Shown: positions 39,234-50,057 of the stretch, piece by piece
How the letters are laid out: each line of letters starts with the position of its first letter
How positions within the stretch are numbered: the first letter of the stretch is position 1
Assembly: GCA_039795775.1 (NCBI GenBank)
Contig: JBDKLC010000004.1
Span: forward strand, 21,982 to 85,981
DNA: 64,000 nt
Source of the DNA: Candidatus Parcubacteria bacterium
GTDB taxonomy: Bacteria; Patescibacteriota; Minisyncoccia; Phycocordibacterales; CAIZLB01
Direction: 5' to 3'
Notes under the pieces: model-generated
What the model was told of the DNA's origin: nothing
Databases searched by the model: none
The model's input: the letters and a program-made list of their open reading frames with translations, nothing else
Program-made: the position numbers and the translations under genes

Positions 39234-41378
39234 ATGAACAGAGACTATCCACTCGAGCGAGTACGAAACTTCGGTATTATCGCTCACATTGACGCTGGTA
39301 AAACAACTACGTCAGAACGAATTCTTTATTACACAGGTATGAGTCACAAGATCGGTGAAGTTCACGAAGGTGAAGCCACAACCGACTGGATGGAACAAGA
39401 AAAAGAACGAGGTATTACAATTACCGCGGCTGCTATCACATGTTTTTGGAATCCATCATACATGGGAGCAGATCTCTCTAAAAAGCACCGATTCAACATT
39501 ATCGACACACCAGGACACGTAGACTTCACAGTAGAAGTAGAACGATCTCTCAAAGTTCTCGACGGAGGAGTAGTAGTATTCGACGGAGTAGCGGGTGTAG
39601 AACCACAGTCAGAAACAGTATGGCGACAGGCTGACAAGTATAACGTTCCACGAGTTTGTTTCATTAACAAGCTTGACCGAACTGGTGGTTCATTTGAACG
39701 ATCTTACGCATCTATCCTCGAACGACTCAACAAAAACGCAGTACGAATGCAGCTCCCAATCGGATCTGAAGGTGATTTCGAAGCGGTTGTTGATCTTCTC
39801 AAAATGAAAGCATATTACTTCGAAGGTGATATGGGTATTGATGTAGTAGAAAAAGAAATTCCAGAAAACATGGTTGCTGATGCAACTAAGTACCGAGCTG
39901 AACTCGTTGAAAAAATCGTTGAATTCGATGAAACAATGATGAATGCATATCTCGAAGGTAAAACAGATTTCACAATCGACGAACTCAAAGCAACTTTGCG
40001 AAAGGGAGTTATTGCGAACAAGATCTTCCCAGTATTCACAGGTTCTGCTCTCAAGAACAAAGGAACACAGCTCGTACTCGACGCTGTAGTAGATTATCTT
40101 CCATCTCCACTCGATGTACCTCCAGTTCACGGTATTGATCCAAACACAGGAGATACAATTGAACGAAAGGCTTCTGATTCAGAACCATTCGCTGCTCTTG
40201 CTTTCAAACTTCAGACAGACCCATTCGTAGGTCAGCTTACCTTCTTCCGAGTGTACTCTGGTACAGTAGAATCAGGTTCATACCTCTACAACTCAACAAC
40301 AGGTCAGAAAGAACGACTTGGACGAATCGTACGACTTCAGGCAAACAAGCGAGAAGAAGTGAAGAAAGTATACGCCGGAGAAATTGCTGCAGCCGTAGGC
40401 CTTAAGGATGCAAAAACATCTCACACATTCTGTGATGAAAATGCACCAATCATTCTCGATCCAATTAAATTTGCTGAACCAGTAGTATCTTTGAAAATTG
40501 AACCAAAGACAAAAGCTGATCAGGAAAAAATGGGTACAGCTCTTAAGAAGCTTGGGGATGAAGATCCAACATTCCGAATCTCTTCAAACGCAGAAACAGG
40601 TGAAACTATTATTTCAGGTATGGGAGAACTCCACCTCGAAATTATGATTGACCGAATGAAACGAGAATTCGGTGTTGAAGCAAACGTTGGTAAACCACAG
40701 GTAGCATACCGAGAAACTATCCTCGGAGAAGCAGAAGAAGAACACAAGTACATCAAGCAGTCTGGAGGTAAAGGTCAATACGGTCACGTACGACTTATCA
40801 TCAAGAAGCTTCAGCCCCTTGAAGAAGGAAAGAAACTTCCTAAGAACGTACACCGAGAAGATGGATTTGAATTCATCGACTCTATCAAGGGAGGTGTTAT
40901 TCCAGTTGAATTCATCCCAGCAGTAGAAAAGGGTGTGAAGGAAGCTATGGAACGAGGTATCGTTGCGGGATTCCCAATGGTAGACGTTTCTTGTGAACTT
41001 ACATTCGGTTCTTACCACGATGTAGACTCATCTGAAATTGCGTACAAGATTGCTGCGTCACAGGCATTCCAGGCAGCTGCCAAGAAAGCTCGACCAGTAA
41101 TTCTCGAACCAATCATGAAAGTAGAATGTGTTATGCCAGAACAATTCATGGGAGACGTAACAGGTTCTCTTTCATCTAAGCGAGGTCAGATCGAAGGTAT
41201 GGAAGAACGAGGTTTGAACCGAGTTCTTAAAGCAAAAGTACCTCTATCAGAAATGTTCGGTTATACAACTGATATCCGATCTATGACTCAGGGACGAGGT
41301 TCTGCAACTATGGAATTCGATCACTACGATGTAGTACCACCAAACGTTGAAAAGGCGATTGTTGATGCTCGAAAATAA
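39234..41378 (+). CDS. fusA: Elongation factor G
   Basis: [36 protein letters not shown]. Confidence 0.99.
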   Translation: MNRDYPLERVRNFGIIAHIDAGKTTTSERILYYTGMSHKIGEVHEGEATTDWMEQEKERGITITAAAITCFWNPSYMGADLSKKHRFNIIDTPGHVDFTVEVERSLKVLDGGVVVFDGVAGVEPQSETVWRQADKYNVPRVCFINKLDRTGGSFERSYASILERLNKNAVRMQLPIGSEGDFEAVVDLLKMKAYYFEGDMGIDVVEKEIPENMVADATKYRAELVEKIVEFDETMMNAYLEGKTDFTIDELKATLRKGVIANKIFPVFTGSALKNKGTQLVLDAVVDYLPSPLDVPPVHGIDPNTGDTIERKASDSEPFAALAFKLQTDPFVGQLTFFRVYSGTVESGSYLYNSTTGQKERLGRIVRLQANKREEVKKVYAGEIAAAVGLKDAKTSHTFCDENAPIILDPIKFAEPVVSLKIEPKTKADQEKMGTALKKLGDEDPTFRISSNAETGETIISGMGELHLEIMIDRMKREFGVEANVGKPQVAYRETILGEAEEEHKYIKQSGGKGQYGHVRLIIKKLQPLEEGKKLPKNVHREDGFEFIDSIKGGVIPVEFIPAVEKGVKEAMERGIVAGFPMVDVSCELTFGSYHDVDSSEIAYKIAASQAFQAAAKKARPVILEPIMKVECVMPEQFMGDVTGSLSSKRGQIEGMEERGLNRVLKAKVPLSEMFGYTTDIRSMTQGRGSATMEFDHYDVVPPNVEKAIVDARK

Positions 41379-41423
41379 TTCACTCTGAATTAATTCAATA
41401 TAGAACCAAAAGATACAATAATG

Positions 41424-41461
41424 AAACAAAAAACTCCCCGCATGCGGGGAGTTTTTTGTTT
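41424..41461 (+). terminator. Terminator after fusA
   Basis: aaacaaaaaactcccc-gcatgc-ggggagttttttgttt. Confidence 0.85.
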
Positions 41462-41664
41462 AGCCTGCATTTATGGGCGATATTTCGGCTTGATAGGGAC
41501 AAAGATTGAGGGTAAACTCTCTTTTTTATCTTATTTTACGAAAATAGGCCTATATTGAGCCATTTCATTGCTTTTTGTCCGGCTATGGGAGGGCCTATCG
41601 CAAGTGAACAGGGGAACCCCTTCTATAAGACAAATATAGGTCTAGGAATAAGGCTATCTGCGTG

Positions 41665-41926
41665 TTGACATTCCCTATGTTTTTGATACTATCACCTGTA
41701 CGCGTTCTTAAACGCTTTTTTAGTCTGGCATCTTACAGGTTGTTTGATTACTTGCAGGCACAATACATACAAGTGTGAACTTGTACCAATCTCAAACTGC
41801 ATTTCATAAACCTTCTTGTAAGCACTACCGACGAATTTATTAAAAAATAATTAATATTAACGGTTAGTTACTAGCTATTGGCACACTCGCGCGTCAATAA
41901 CTGGTGATTAACCGTCGCACAAATAT
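41665..41926 (+). promoter_or_regulatory. tuf promoter and about 230-nt structured leader
   Basis: TTGACA-16-TACTAT with extended TG; two long hairpins (41723-41832, 41860-41915). Confidence 0.7.
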
Positions 41927-43120
41927 ATGGCAGATGCTTTCGATCGATCAAAGCCACACGTAAACGTGGGCACAATTGGTCACGTTGACCACGGAAAGAC
42001 AACTCTTACAGCGGCAATTCTTAACACATTGTCACGAGCTGGTATGCAGGCAACAGTTAAAGATGTAAGTGATATTGACAAGGCTCCAGAAGAAAAGGCC
42101 CGAGGTATTACAATCTCACTCTCACACAGTGAATATTCATCTGCAACACGACACTACGCTCACGTAGACGCCCCAGGTCACGCTGACTACATCAAGAACA
42201 TGATTACTGGTGCAGCTCAGATGGACGGTGCTATCCTCGTAGTAGCAGCTACAGACGGTGCAATGCCACAGACACGAGAACACGTTCTCTTGGCTAAGCA
42301 GGTAGGTGTACCAAAGCTCGTAGTATTCCTCAACAAGTGCGATATGGTTCCAGATGCGGATCTTATCGACCTCGTAGAAGCTGAAATCCGAGAACTCCTT
42401 ACAAAGAACGGATTCGATGGAGACAATGCTCCAGTTATCCGAGGTTCTGCTCTTAAGGCGCTCGAAGACGAATCAGGAAAGGGTGAATGGTCTACAAAGG
42501 TTCTTGACCTTGTAAACGCACTCGATACTTACATCCCAGTTCCAGTTCGAGAAACTGACAAACCATTCCTTATGCCTCTTGAAGACATCTTCTCTATCGA
42601 AGGACGAGGAACAGTAGTAACAGGACGAATTGAACGAGGTATCGTAAAGGTTGGTGAAGAAGTTGAAATCGTTGGTCTCAAAGATACAGCGAAGACAACA
42701 GTTACAGGTATCGAAATGTTCAACAAGCAGTTGAACGAAGGTATGGCTGGAGACAACGCTGGTATCCTTCTCCGAGGTGTTAAGAAAGAAGATCTTACAC
42801 GAGGACAGGTTATCGCTAAACCAGGAACAGTTATCCCTCACACAGAATTCGAAGCTGAAGTGTACATTCTTAAGAAGGAAGAAGGCGGTCGACACACTCC
42901 ATTCTTTACAGGTTATAAGCCACAGTTCTACGTACGAACTACAGACGTTACTGGAGAAGTAACTCTCAAGGAAGGTGTAGAAATGGTTATGCCTGGTGAC
43001 ACAGTTACATTCTTCGTGAAGCTTGTAGCTCCTATTGCCCTTGAAGATCAGCAGCGATTTGCGATCCGAGAAGGTGGTAAGACTGTAGGTGCCGGTGTAG
43101 TAACAAAGATCACAAAATAG
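41927..43120 (+). CDS. tuf: Elongation factor Tu
   Basis: [33 protein letters not shown]. Confidence 0.99.
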   Translation: MADAFDRSKPHVNVGTIGHVDHGKTTLTAAILNTLSRAGMQATVKDVSDIDKAPEEKARGITISLSHSEYSSATRHYAHVDAPGHADYIKNMITGAAQMDGAILVVAATDGAMPQTREHVLLAKQVGVPKLVVFLNKCDMVPDADLIDLVEAEIRELLTKNGFDGDNAPVIRGSALKALEDESGKGEWSTKVLDLVNALDTYIPVPVRETDKPFLMPLEDIFSIEGRGTVVTGRIERGIVKVGEEVEIVGLKDTAKTTVTGIEMFNKQLNEGMAGDNAGILLRGVKKEDLTRGQVIAKPGTVIPHTEFEAEVYILKKEEGGRHTPFFTGYKPQFYVRTTDVTGEVTLKEGVEMVMPGDTVTFFVKLVAPIALEDQQRFAIREGGKTVGAGVVTKITK

Positions 43121-43202
43121 CTCGTAGAGAGTAGTGAGTAGCTGTAGCCAAGCTTTCGAGCTTGGTTATAAGCTACTCGTTACTAGCTACCTGCCTACTT
43201 AT

Positions 43203-43556
43203 ATGGCAACAAAAGAAGTAAAAAAGAAAACAGGTTCAAAAGAAGAAGTTACATCAAAGCTTAGAATCCGAGTTCGTGCATACGAATCAAAGATTCTCGA
43301 CGCTTCTGTAAAACAGATCATGGATACTGCTCTTCGATTCGATGCGCAGGTTCTTGGTCCAGTACCTCTTCCAACTGAAATCAAAAAGTTCACAGTAAAC
43401 CGTGCTTCATTCGTGTACAAAAATGCGCGAGAACAGTTTGAAATGCGAGTTCACAAGCGACTTCTTGATATCATCAATCCTTCAGCGAAGGTGATTGAAT
43501 CTCTCACAAACCTAAGTCTTCCATCTGGTGTCAACATCGATGTGAAGATGATGTAG
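43203..43556 (+). CDS. rpsJ: 30S ribosomal protein S10
   Basis: GPVPLPT, REQFEMRVHKRL. Confidence 0.98.
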   Translation: MATKEVKKKTGSKEEVTSKLRIRVRAYESKILDASVKQIMDTALRFDAQVLGPVPLPTEIKKFTVNRASFVYKNAREQFEMRVHKRLLDIINPSAKVIESLTNLSLPSGVNIDVKMM

Positions 43557-43578
43557 TAGTCCGAATATCCCTATTATC

Positions 43579-44178
43579 ATGAAATTTATCCTTGGAACAA
43601 AACAGCAGATGACACAAGTCTTCGATGAAGACGGTCGTGTTCATCCTGTAACAGTCCTCAAAACTGGCCCAGTCACAGTCACACAGGTGAAGACAACAGC
43701 AAAGGACGGTTACGAAGCTATCCAAATTGGCTTTGGAGAAAAGAAAGCAAAGAATATCAACAAGGCTCAGAAGGGTCACATGAAAGATCTCGGTAATTTC
43801 CAGTATCTTAAAGAAGTAAAAGGAGTGAATGCTCCTGCTGTAGGTGAAAAGATTGATGCGACTCTCGCAGCTGGCGACAAAGTTACAGTAACTGCCATCT
43901 CTAAATCAAAGGGCTTTCAGGGTGTAGTAAAGCGACATGGCTTTGCCGGTGGTCCACGATCACACGGTCAGAAACACTCAGAACGAGAACCAGGTTCTAT
44001 TGGTGCCGGTGGTAACCAGCGAGTATTCAAAGGCCGACGAATGGCTGGCCGAATGGGTGGTGATCAAATAACAGTAAAGAATCTCATTGTCGTTGCATAC
44101 GACAAAGAAAATGGAGAACTCTTCGTACGAGGAGCTATTCCAGGTCGACGAGGTACTTTAGTAGAAGTACGAGGCTAA
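43579..44178 (+). CDS. rplC: 50S ribosomal protein L3
   Basis: DGYEAIQ, KGFQGVVKRH, REPGSIG. Confidence 0.98.
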   Translation: MKFILGTKQQMTQVFDEDGRVHPVTVLKTGPVTVTQVKTTAKDGYEAIQIGFGEKKAKNINKAQKGHMKDLGNFQYLKEVKGVNAPAVGEKIDATLAAGDKVTVTAISKSKGFQGVVKRHGFAGGPRSHGQKHSEREPGSIGAGGNQRVFKGRRMAGRMGGDQITVKNLIVVAYDKENGELFVRGAIPGRRGTLVEVRG

Positions 44179-44188
44179 TTCAACTTAT

Positions 44189-44938
44189 ATGGCAAAGACA
44201 ACAAAAACGTCAGCTACAAAAGCTGTAAAAGAACCAAAAGCAAAGAAAGCAGCAAAAACTGTTTCTCTTGAAGCTCAGGTAGTAACACAAGAAGGAAAGA
44301 GTGCTGGAACAGTGAATCTTCCTGAATCAGTATTCGGTCTTCCTTGGAACGCCGACCTTGTTCATCAGGTGGTAACATCTATGCGAACAGACGCACGAGA
44401 ACCTATTGCTCACACAAAGACACGAGGTGAAGTGCGAGGAGGTGGAAAGAAGCCTTGGAAACAAAAAGGTACAGGCCGAGCACGACACGGATCTACTCGA
44501 TCTCCGATCTGGGTAGGTGGAGGTGTTGCTCATGGTCCACGAAATGACAAGAACTTTGATCGAAAGGTAAACAAAAAGATGAAAGCGAAAGCTCTCTTCA
44601 CTATTCTTTCTCGAAAACATCGAGATGGAGAAGTTCTCTTTGTTAAAACTCTTTCACTCGAAGCTCCAAAAGCAAAAGAAGCGCGAGAAGTGTTCACAAA
44701 GCTTGGATCTGTAAAAGGATTTGAACTTATGGGTGCACGACGAAACAATGCAGCTCTCATTGCTGTTGCGAGTCTTGATCAGAACGTAAAGCGAGGATTT
44801 AGTAACTTCGGAAATCTTGAAGTAAGTGAAATCCGAAATATTAACCCGCTTTCTGTACTCAAATACAAGTATCTCGTGATCTCATCACCTGAAGAGGCAT
44901 TCACATCATTGACAGCTAAGATGGAAAAATCTAACTAA
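44189..44938 (+). CDS. rplD: 50S ribosomal protein L4
   Basis: KPWKQKGTGRARHGS; Lys/Ala-rich N-terminal extension. Confidence 0.98.
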   Translation: MAKTTKTSATKAVKEPKAKKAAKTVSLEAQVVTQEGKSAGTVNLPESVFGLPWNADLVHQVVTSMRTDAREPIAHTKTRGEVRGGGKKPWKQKGTGRARHGSTRSPIWVGGGVAHGPRNDKNFDRKVNKKMKAKALFTILSRKHRDGEVLFVKTLSLEAPKAKEAREVFTKLGSVKGFELMGARRNNAALIAVASLDQNVKRGFSNFGNLEVSEIRNINPLSVLKYKYLVISSPEEAFTSLTAKMEKSN

Positions 44939-44944
44939 ACTACT

Positions 44945-45241
44945 ATGTCAAAAATCTCAACACAGAAGCATAGTAATGCTGTCATTAAGAATCCTCGAAT
45001 CACAGAAAAGGCGACTGTTTCTGCAGAAAAGAACCAGTTCGTATTTGAAGTGTCACCAGAAGCCACAAAAGCTTCAGTAGCAGCTGCTGTGAAGCAACTC
45101 TACAAGGTTACACCTGTGAAAGTAAATATCGTCCGATTGCCTGCAAAGAAGGTGTTCGTTCGAGGTCGAGCAGGAACAAAAAGTGCAATCAAGAAAGCAT
45201 ATGTTTTCCTCAAAAAGGGAGACAAGATTGAACTTGCTTAA
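44945..45241 (+). CDS. rplW: 50S ribosomal protein L23
   Basis: PRITEKA, KKAYVFL. Confidence 0.97.
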   Translation: MSKISTQKHSNAVIKNPRITEKATVSAEKNQFVFEVSPEATKASVAAAVKQLYKVTPVKVNIVRLPAKKVFVRGRAGTKSAIKKAYVFLKKGDKIELA

Positions 45242-45255
45242 GTAAATCCACTACC

Positions 45256-46098
45256 ATGAAACGATATAAACCAACATCAAAATCACGGCGAAATATGGTT
45301 ACCATCTCTTACCGAGATGTCCTTACAACAGGAACACCATTCAAGGGCCTTACTAAAGGTTTCAAACGATCAGTAGGACGAAACAACACAGGACGAATCA
45401 CTACTCGACACAAAGGTGCAGGTAACAAACGTGTATATCGAGACATCGACTTCACTTATGATAAGAAAGATATTCCAGCTAAGGTTCTTACTGTAGAGTA
45501 CGATCCAAACCGAACTGGATTTATTTCTCTTCTCTCATATGCTGACGGTGCAAAGCGATATATTCTTTCTCCAAAGTCTGTAAAAGTAGGAGACACACTT
45601 CTCGTAGGTGAAAAAGCAGAGGTAAAACCAGGTAACCGACTCCCTCTTGCGAATATTCCAGTAGGTACATTTGTGTACAACATCGAAATTCGACCAGAAG
45701 GCGGCGCAAAGCTCGTTCGAGCTGCTGGTAACTTCGCTGAAGTAATTGGTCACGACGAAGGCTACACACAGATCAAGATGCCATCTTCAGAGGTTCGAAA
45801 GATTCTCGAAACAGCATGGGCATCTATCGGTGAAGTATCTAACGAAGAAAACCGACTTCAAAAGTACGGTAAAGCTGGACGATCTCGATGGAAGGGTATC
45901 CGACCAACAGTTCGAGGTACAGCCATGAACCCAGTAGACCATCCACACGGAGGAGGTGAAGGACGACAGGGCCGAGGACGACGACGAGCCATTTCTATCT
46001 ATGGAAAGCCAACAGGAAAGGGTCAGAAGTCTCGAAAGCCAAAGAAATACTCATCTCGACTTATCGTCTCTCGACGAAAAGTTGGAAAGAAGAGATAA
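45256..46098 (+). CDS. rplB: 50S ribosomal protein L2
   Basis: EYDPNR, MNPVDHPHGGGEG. Confidence 0.99.
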   Translation: MKRYKPTSKSRRNMVTISYRDVLTTGTPFKGLTKGFKRSVGRNNTGRITTRHKGAGNKRVYRDIDFTYDKKDIPAKVLTVEYDPNRTGFISLLSYADGAKRYILSPKSVKVGDTLLVGEKAEVKPGNRLPLANIPVGTFVYNIEIRPEGGAKLVRAAGNFAEVIGHDEGYTQIKMPSSEVRKILETAWASIGEVSNEENRLQKYGKAGRSRWKGIRPTVRGTAMNPVDHPHGGGEGRQGRGRRRAISIYGKPTGKGQKSRKPKKYSSRLIVSRRKVGKKR

Positions 46099-46244
46099 AT
46101 TACAACACAGAACGACCATTGGGTCTCTGTGTCTGCAGATAAACGTCTTCAGACACAGGGAACTAAAAGTCAAATATTTGACTAACTTTTGTTTTCTGGT
46201 AGGATAGCTTCACAAGCTCCAGGTGAGCTTTTTGTTTACTAAAA

Positions 46245-46589
46245 ATGACACGATCACTAAAAAAAGGCCCATACGTTGAAGAAAAACTCTTGAAAAAGAT
46301 CGAAGGCAAAAACCCTCGAGAAACAGGGGTTATTAAGACTTGGGCACGACGAAGTCAGATTTCACCAGAAATGGTTGGATTCATCTTCGGCGTACACAAT
46401 GGCAAGAACCATATTGAAGTTCTTGTTTCAGAAGAAATGGTAGGTCACCGATTGGGCGAATTCTCTCCAACACGTAAGTTCAACCGACACGGAGGAAAGA
46501 TGCAGAAGGAACTCGATCAGGCTAAGAAGGATGCTGAAATTGCAGCAGCTAAATCAGCCAAGGCCGCCACAACTACAGAAAAGAAATAA
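46245..46589 (+). CDS. rpsS: 30S ribosomal protein S19
   Basis: [21 protein letters not shown]. Confidence 0.98.
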   Translation: MTRSLKKGPYVEEKLLKKIEGKNPRETGVIKTWARRSQISPEMVGFIFGVHNGKNHIEVLVSEEMVGHRLGEFSPTRKFNRHGGKMQKELDQAKKDAEIAAAKSAKAATTTEKK

Positions 46590-46608
46590 TTTACTATAAT
46601 TTACTCAC

Positions 46609-46986
46609 ATGAAAGCCGCACTTAATAATTACCGACAATCACCACGAAAAGTTGCTCTCGTTGCAGGGCTTATTCGAGGTAAGACAGCGGCTGAAGCTCT
46701 CCGATCTCTTCAGTTCACAGTAAAACGTGCATCTGATCCAGTTCTTAAGCTTCTCGAAAGTGCAATTGCAAACGCGCGAAACGCTGGTATTTCTGACGTT
46801 GAATCTCTCATCGTAAAAGAAATCCAGGTAAATAAGGGCGTAACATTGAAGCGAATCATGCCACGAGCACGAGGTTCAGCTTCACGAATTAACAAACGAT
46901 CAAGTCACGTAACAATCATTCTTGCAGAAGCCGCTCCAAAGGTTTCTCTTAAGAAACCTAAAGCAGCTAAAAAAGCTACAAAATAA
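46609..46986 (+). CDS. rplV: 50S ribosomal protein L22
   Basis: SPRKVALVA, PRARG, SHVTI. Confidence 0.98.
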   Translation: MKAALNNYRQSPRKVALVAGLIRGKTAAEALRSLQFTVKRASDPVLKLLESAIANARNAGISDVESLIVKEIQVNKGVTLKRIMPRARGSASRINKRSSHVTIILAEAAPKVSLKKPKAAKKATK

Positions 46987-46994
46987 GCAAATAT

Positions 46995-47720
46995 ATGACA
47001 CACCAGGTTCACCCATTTTCACATAGACTCGGCATCATCAAAGATTGGAAATCTCGATGGTTCTCTATGCATTCAAAGTTCCGAGTGAACTTGAAGGGTG
47101 ATATTTTGCTTCGAGAATATCTCGAAAAGAAACTCCGAGGTCAGTATGTTGCTGATATCGAAATCGAACGAAATGAAAAAGCTCTTCGAGTAATTCTCAA
47201 GACTTCTCGACCTGGTATGGTTATTGGCCGAAACGGCGAAGGTGCTGTTAAGCTCAAGAATGATATTCAGGCTTTCATTTCAAAGATTAACCGAGATACA
47301 GCAGTACAGCTCGGCTACAAATATTCTAAGGATTCTGAAACTCTCAAGAACAAAATTGCTGAACTTAAAACAGACATCAAAGTTGATATTGAAGAAGTTA
47401 AGTCTCCAGAAGCTAGTGCGGCTATCGTAGCTCACATGATTGCGGAAGGTCTCGAAAAACGAATGCCTTTCCGACGAGTTATGAAGCAGATGATTGATAA
47501 AGTTATGGCTAACCGAGAAGTAAAGGGAGTGCGAATCTTCCTTGCCGGACGACTCGGAGGCGCAGAAATGGCACGACGTGAGGAACTCAAGAAGGGTCGA
47601 ATTCCTCTCCAGACCTTTAGAGCAGATATTGATTTCGTTCGATATAAGGCACATCTTCCATACGGAGATATCGGTATAAAGGTTTGGATCTATAAGGGCG
47701 ATATCTTTGCTAAAAAATAA
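46995..47720 (+). CDS. rpsC: 30S ribosomal protein S3
   Basis: RPGMVIG, GRLGGAEMAR, GIKVWIY. Confidence 0.98.
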   Translation: MTHQVHPFSHRLGIIKDWKSRWFSMHSKFRVNLKGDILLREYLEKKLRGQYVADIEIERNEKALRVILKTSRPGMVIGRNGEGAVKLKNDIQAFISKINRDTAVQLGYKYSKDSETLKNKIAELKTDIKVDIEEVKSPEASAAIVAHMIAEGLEKRMPFRRVMKQMIDKVMANREVKGVRIFLAGRLGGAEMARREELKKGRIPLQTFRADIDFVRYKAHLPYGDIGIKVWIYKGDIFAKK

Positions 47721-47744
47721 TAGCAAGGCATTAATTCAACTACC

Positions 47745-48167
47745 ATGTTAACTCCAAAGAAAGTAAAACACCGAAAATGGCAAACTAAGCGAATCAACCC
47801 GAATCGAATCGGTGTTGAGTCACGAGGTATTAACCTTGACTTCGGATCATTCGGAATCAAGTCACAGACAGCTGCTCGAATCACTTCAAACCAGATTGAA
47901 TCTGCTCGAAAAGTTATTTCACGAGAAATCGGTAAAACAGGCCGAATCTGGATTCGAATTTTCCCTGATCGACCTGTAACACAGAAGGCTCCTGAACTTC
48001 CGATGGGTAAGGGTAAGGGTGATCCTGATCACTTCTGTGCTGAAGTTAAGCCAGGACGAATCATTTTCGAAATTGATGGAGTTACTGAAGCTATCGCTAA
48101 AGAAGCCCTTCGAAAGGCTGGAACAAAACTTCCAGTTAAGACTAAGATGGTTGCACGAGACCACTAA
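47745..48167 (+). CDS. rplP: 50S ribosomal protein L16
   Basis: WIRIFPD, MGKGKG, KLPVKT. Confidence 0.98.
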   Translation: MLTPKKVKHRKWQTKRINPNRIGVESRGINLDFGSFGIKSQTAARITSNQIESARKVISREIGKTGRIWIRIFPDRPVTQKAPELPMGKGKGDPDHFCAEVKPGRIIFEIDGVTEAIAKEALRKAGTKLPVKTKMVARDH

Positions 48168-48185
48168 TTACGTAGTATTAAATAT

Positions 48186-48395
48186 ATGACAGATTTTAAA
48201 GGAAAAAACAAAAAGGACTTGGTAAAGACACTCATTGAAAAACGAGATGCTCTTCAGAGTTTCCGATTTAATATTGCAGGTGCTCGAACAAAGAATGTTA
48301 AAGAAGGCCGATCAATCCGAAAGGACATTGCTCGAATCGAAACAGAATTGACTTCTATTGCTAAGGCAGAATCTGCTGAAGTAAAGAAAGCATAA
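48186..48395 (+). CDS. rpmC: 50S ribosomal protein L29
   Basis: RKDIARIET; position in operon. Confidence 0.93.
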   Translation: MTDFKGKNKKDLVKTLIEKRDALQSFRFNIAGARTKNVKEGRSIRKDIARIETELTSIAKAESAEVKKA

Positions 48396-48413
48396 ATTTA
48401 TTAAAAAAAAGTC

Positions 48414-48671
48414 ATGAAAACAGAAACAACAACAACTGCACAATCAAAGAAACGAGTACTCGGAGGAGTTGTCGTTTCTGATAAGATGAAAGATACAATC
48501 GTTGTATTGGTAGAGCGATATGTAAAGCTCCCTAAGTACAACAAATACGTTACTAAGACAAAAAAGTACAAAGCTCACGATGCTGGCAACACAAAGAAAA
48601 TCGGAGAAAAAGTACAGATTGAAGAGTGTCGACCAATCTCAAAGGATAAGCGATTCACTGTCGTTAAATAA
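48414..48671 (+). CDS. rpsQ: 30S ribosomal protein S17
   Basis: [17 protein letters not shown]. Confidence 0.98.
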   Translation: MKTETTTTAQSKKRVLGGVVVSDKMKDTIVVLVERYVKLPKYNKYVTKTKKYKAHDAGNTKKIGEKVQIEECRPISKDKRFTVVK

Positions 48672-48690
48672 TTTTTGTAATTAAACCACC

Positions 48691-49062
48691 ATGCTTCAAC
48701 CACGATCATTAGTTTCAATAGCAGACAACTCAGGCGCTACAATCGGCCGAGTGTTCAAAGTTCTTGGAAGTGCTGCAAAGCGATACGCTCAGATTGGTGA
48801 CGTTGTAGTTTTCTCAGTACAGAAAGCTCAGCCACGAAAAAGTGTAAAGAAGAAAGATGTACTCCAAGGTGTAGTTGTTCGACAGAAGAAAGCTTTCCGA
48901 CGAAAGGACGGGTCATACGTTCGATTTGATGAAAACGCAGTTGTTGTACTCGAAAAGGGTAAGCAAGAACCTCTCGCTGGTCGAATCTTCGGACCGATTC
49001 CTCGAGAACTCTCAGAACTTGGTTATCAGACTATTGCTTCACGAGCTTCAGAAATCGTATAG
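48691..49062 (+). CDS. rplN: 50S ribosomal protein L14
   Basis: ADNSGA, RFDENAVV, RIFGPIPREL. Confidence 0.98.
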   Translation: MLQPRSLVSIADNSGATIGRVFKVLGSAAKRYAQIGDVVVFSVQKAQPRKSVKKKDVLQGVVVRQKKAFRRKDGSYVRFDENAVVVLEKGKQEPLAGRIFGPIPRELSELGYQTIASRASEIV

Positions 49063-49079
49063 CTTCTAATTATAAAGAT

Positions 49080-49379
49080 ATGAAAATCAAGAAAGGAGAC
49101 AATGTAATAATCGTAGCAGGTAAGGACAAAGGTAAAACTGGAAAGGTTCTTATTGCTATGCCTAAAGAAGATAAGGTTCTTGTTGAAGGAATCAACATCA
49201 AGAAGCGACATCAGAAATCTCGAACACAGGGCGGTAAAGGTTCTGTGGTAGAAATTGCAACACCAGTTCACGTTTCAAACGTAATGGTTGCAGTTGAAGG
49301 CAAGCCAGCTCGAGTAGGGAAGAAGCTTGTTGGTGAAAAGTTTGTTCGAATCAATCGAAAAACAGGTAAGACAATATAA
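49080..49379 (+). CDS. rplX: 50S ribosomal protein L24
   Basis: IKKGD.VIIVAGKDKGKTG KOW motif. Confidence 0.98.
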   Translation: MKIKKGDNVIIVAGKDKGKTGKVLIAMPKEDKVLVEGINIKKRHQKSRTQGGKGSVVEIATPVHVSNVMVAVEGKPARVGKKLVGEKFVRINRKTGKTI

Positions 49380-49397
49380 CTTTAATTACGTACTATT

Positions 49398-49946
49398 ATG
49401 AAACACCACACAGTAAAAGAAAAAGCCGCTGGCGTTAATGAAGCCCTCAAAGGTTCATTTGGCTATAAGAACGTAATGCAATCTCCAAAGATTGTAAAAG
49501 TTGTTCTCTCTTCAACAACAGGTTCTATCAAGGACCCAAAGAAGAAAGATCTTATCGGTAATCGACTTGCTCGAATCGCTGGTCAGAAGGCTACTCCTAC
49601 TGCAGCAAAGAAATCTATCGCTACCTTCAAGGTACGACAGGGTGATGCTGTAGGATGGCAGGTAACACTTCGAGGTGAGAGAATGTGGAGTTTCCTTGAG
49701 AAGCTCATTAACGTTGCTCTCCCACGAACACGAGACTTCCGAGGTATTGATGCTAAGTCAATCGACGCTCTTGGTAACTACACTCTCGGTATCAAAGAAC
49801 ACACAGTGTTCCCAGAAACCGCAGATGAAGAAATCAAAGACGTGTTCGGTTTCGCTGTAAACATCGTTACTTCATCACGAAAGAAGGAAGAAACTAAGGC
49901 TCTCTTAGAGCACCTTGGATTCTTGTTTAAGAAGAAGGAACAATAA
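49398..49946 (+). CDS. rplE: 50S ribosomal protein L5
   Basis: KKSIATFKVR, ALPRTRDFRG. Confidence 0.98.
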   Translation: MKHHTVKEKAAGVNEALKGSFGYKNVMQSPKIVKVVLSSTTGSIKDPKKKDLIGNRLARIAGQKATPTAAKKSIATFKVRQGDAVGWQVTLRGERMWSFLEKLINVALPRTRDFRGIDAKSIDALGNYTLGIKEHTVFPETADEEIKDVFGFAVNIVTSSRKKEETKALLEHLGFLFKKKEQ

Positions 49947-50057
49947 TAACAAAAAAACGAGGCTAAACCACGCAAAATTTGACTTTGAGCTACAAAATTG
50001 ATAGCATGCTCAAAGCTCAACTTGAGCTATTTTTTATCTCAAAAGATACACAAAAGT

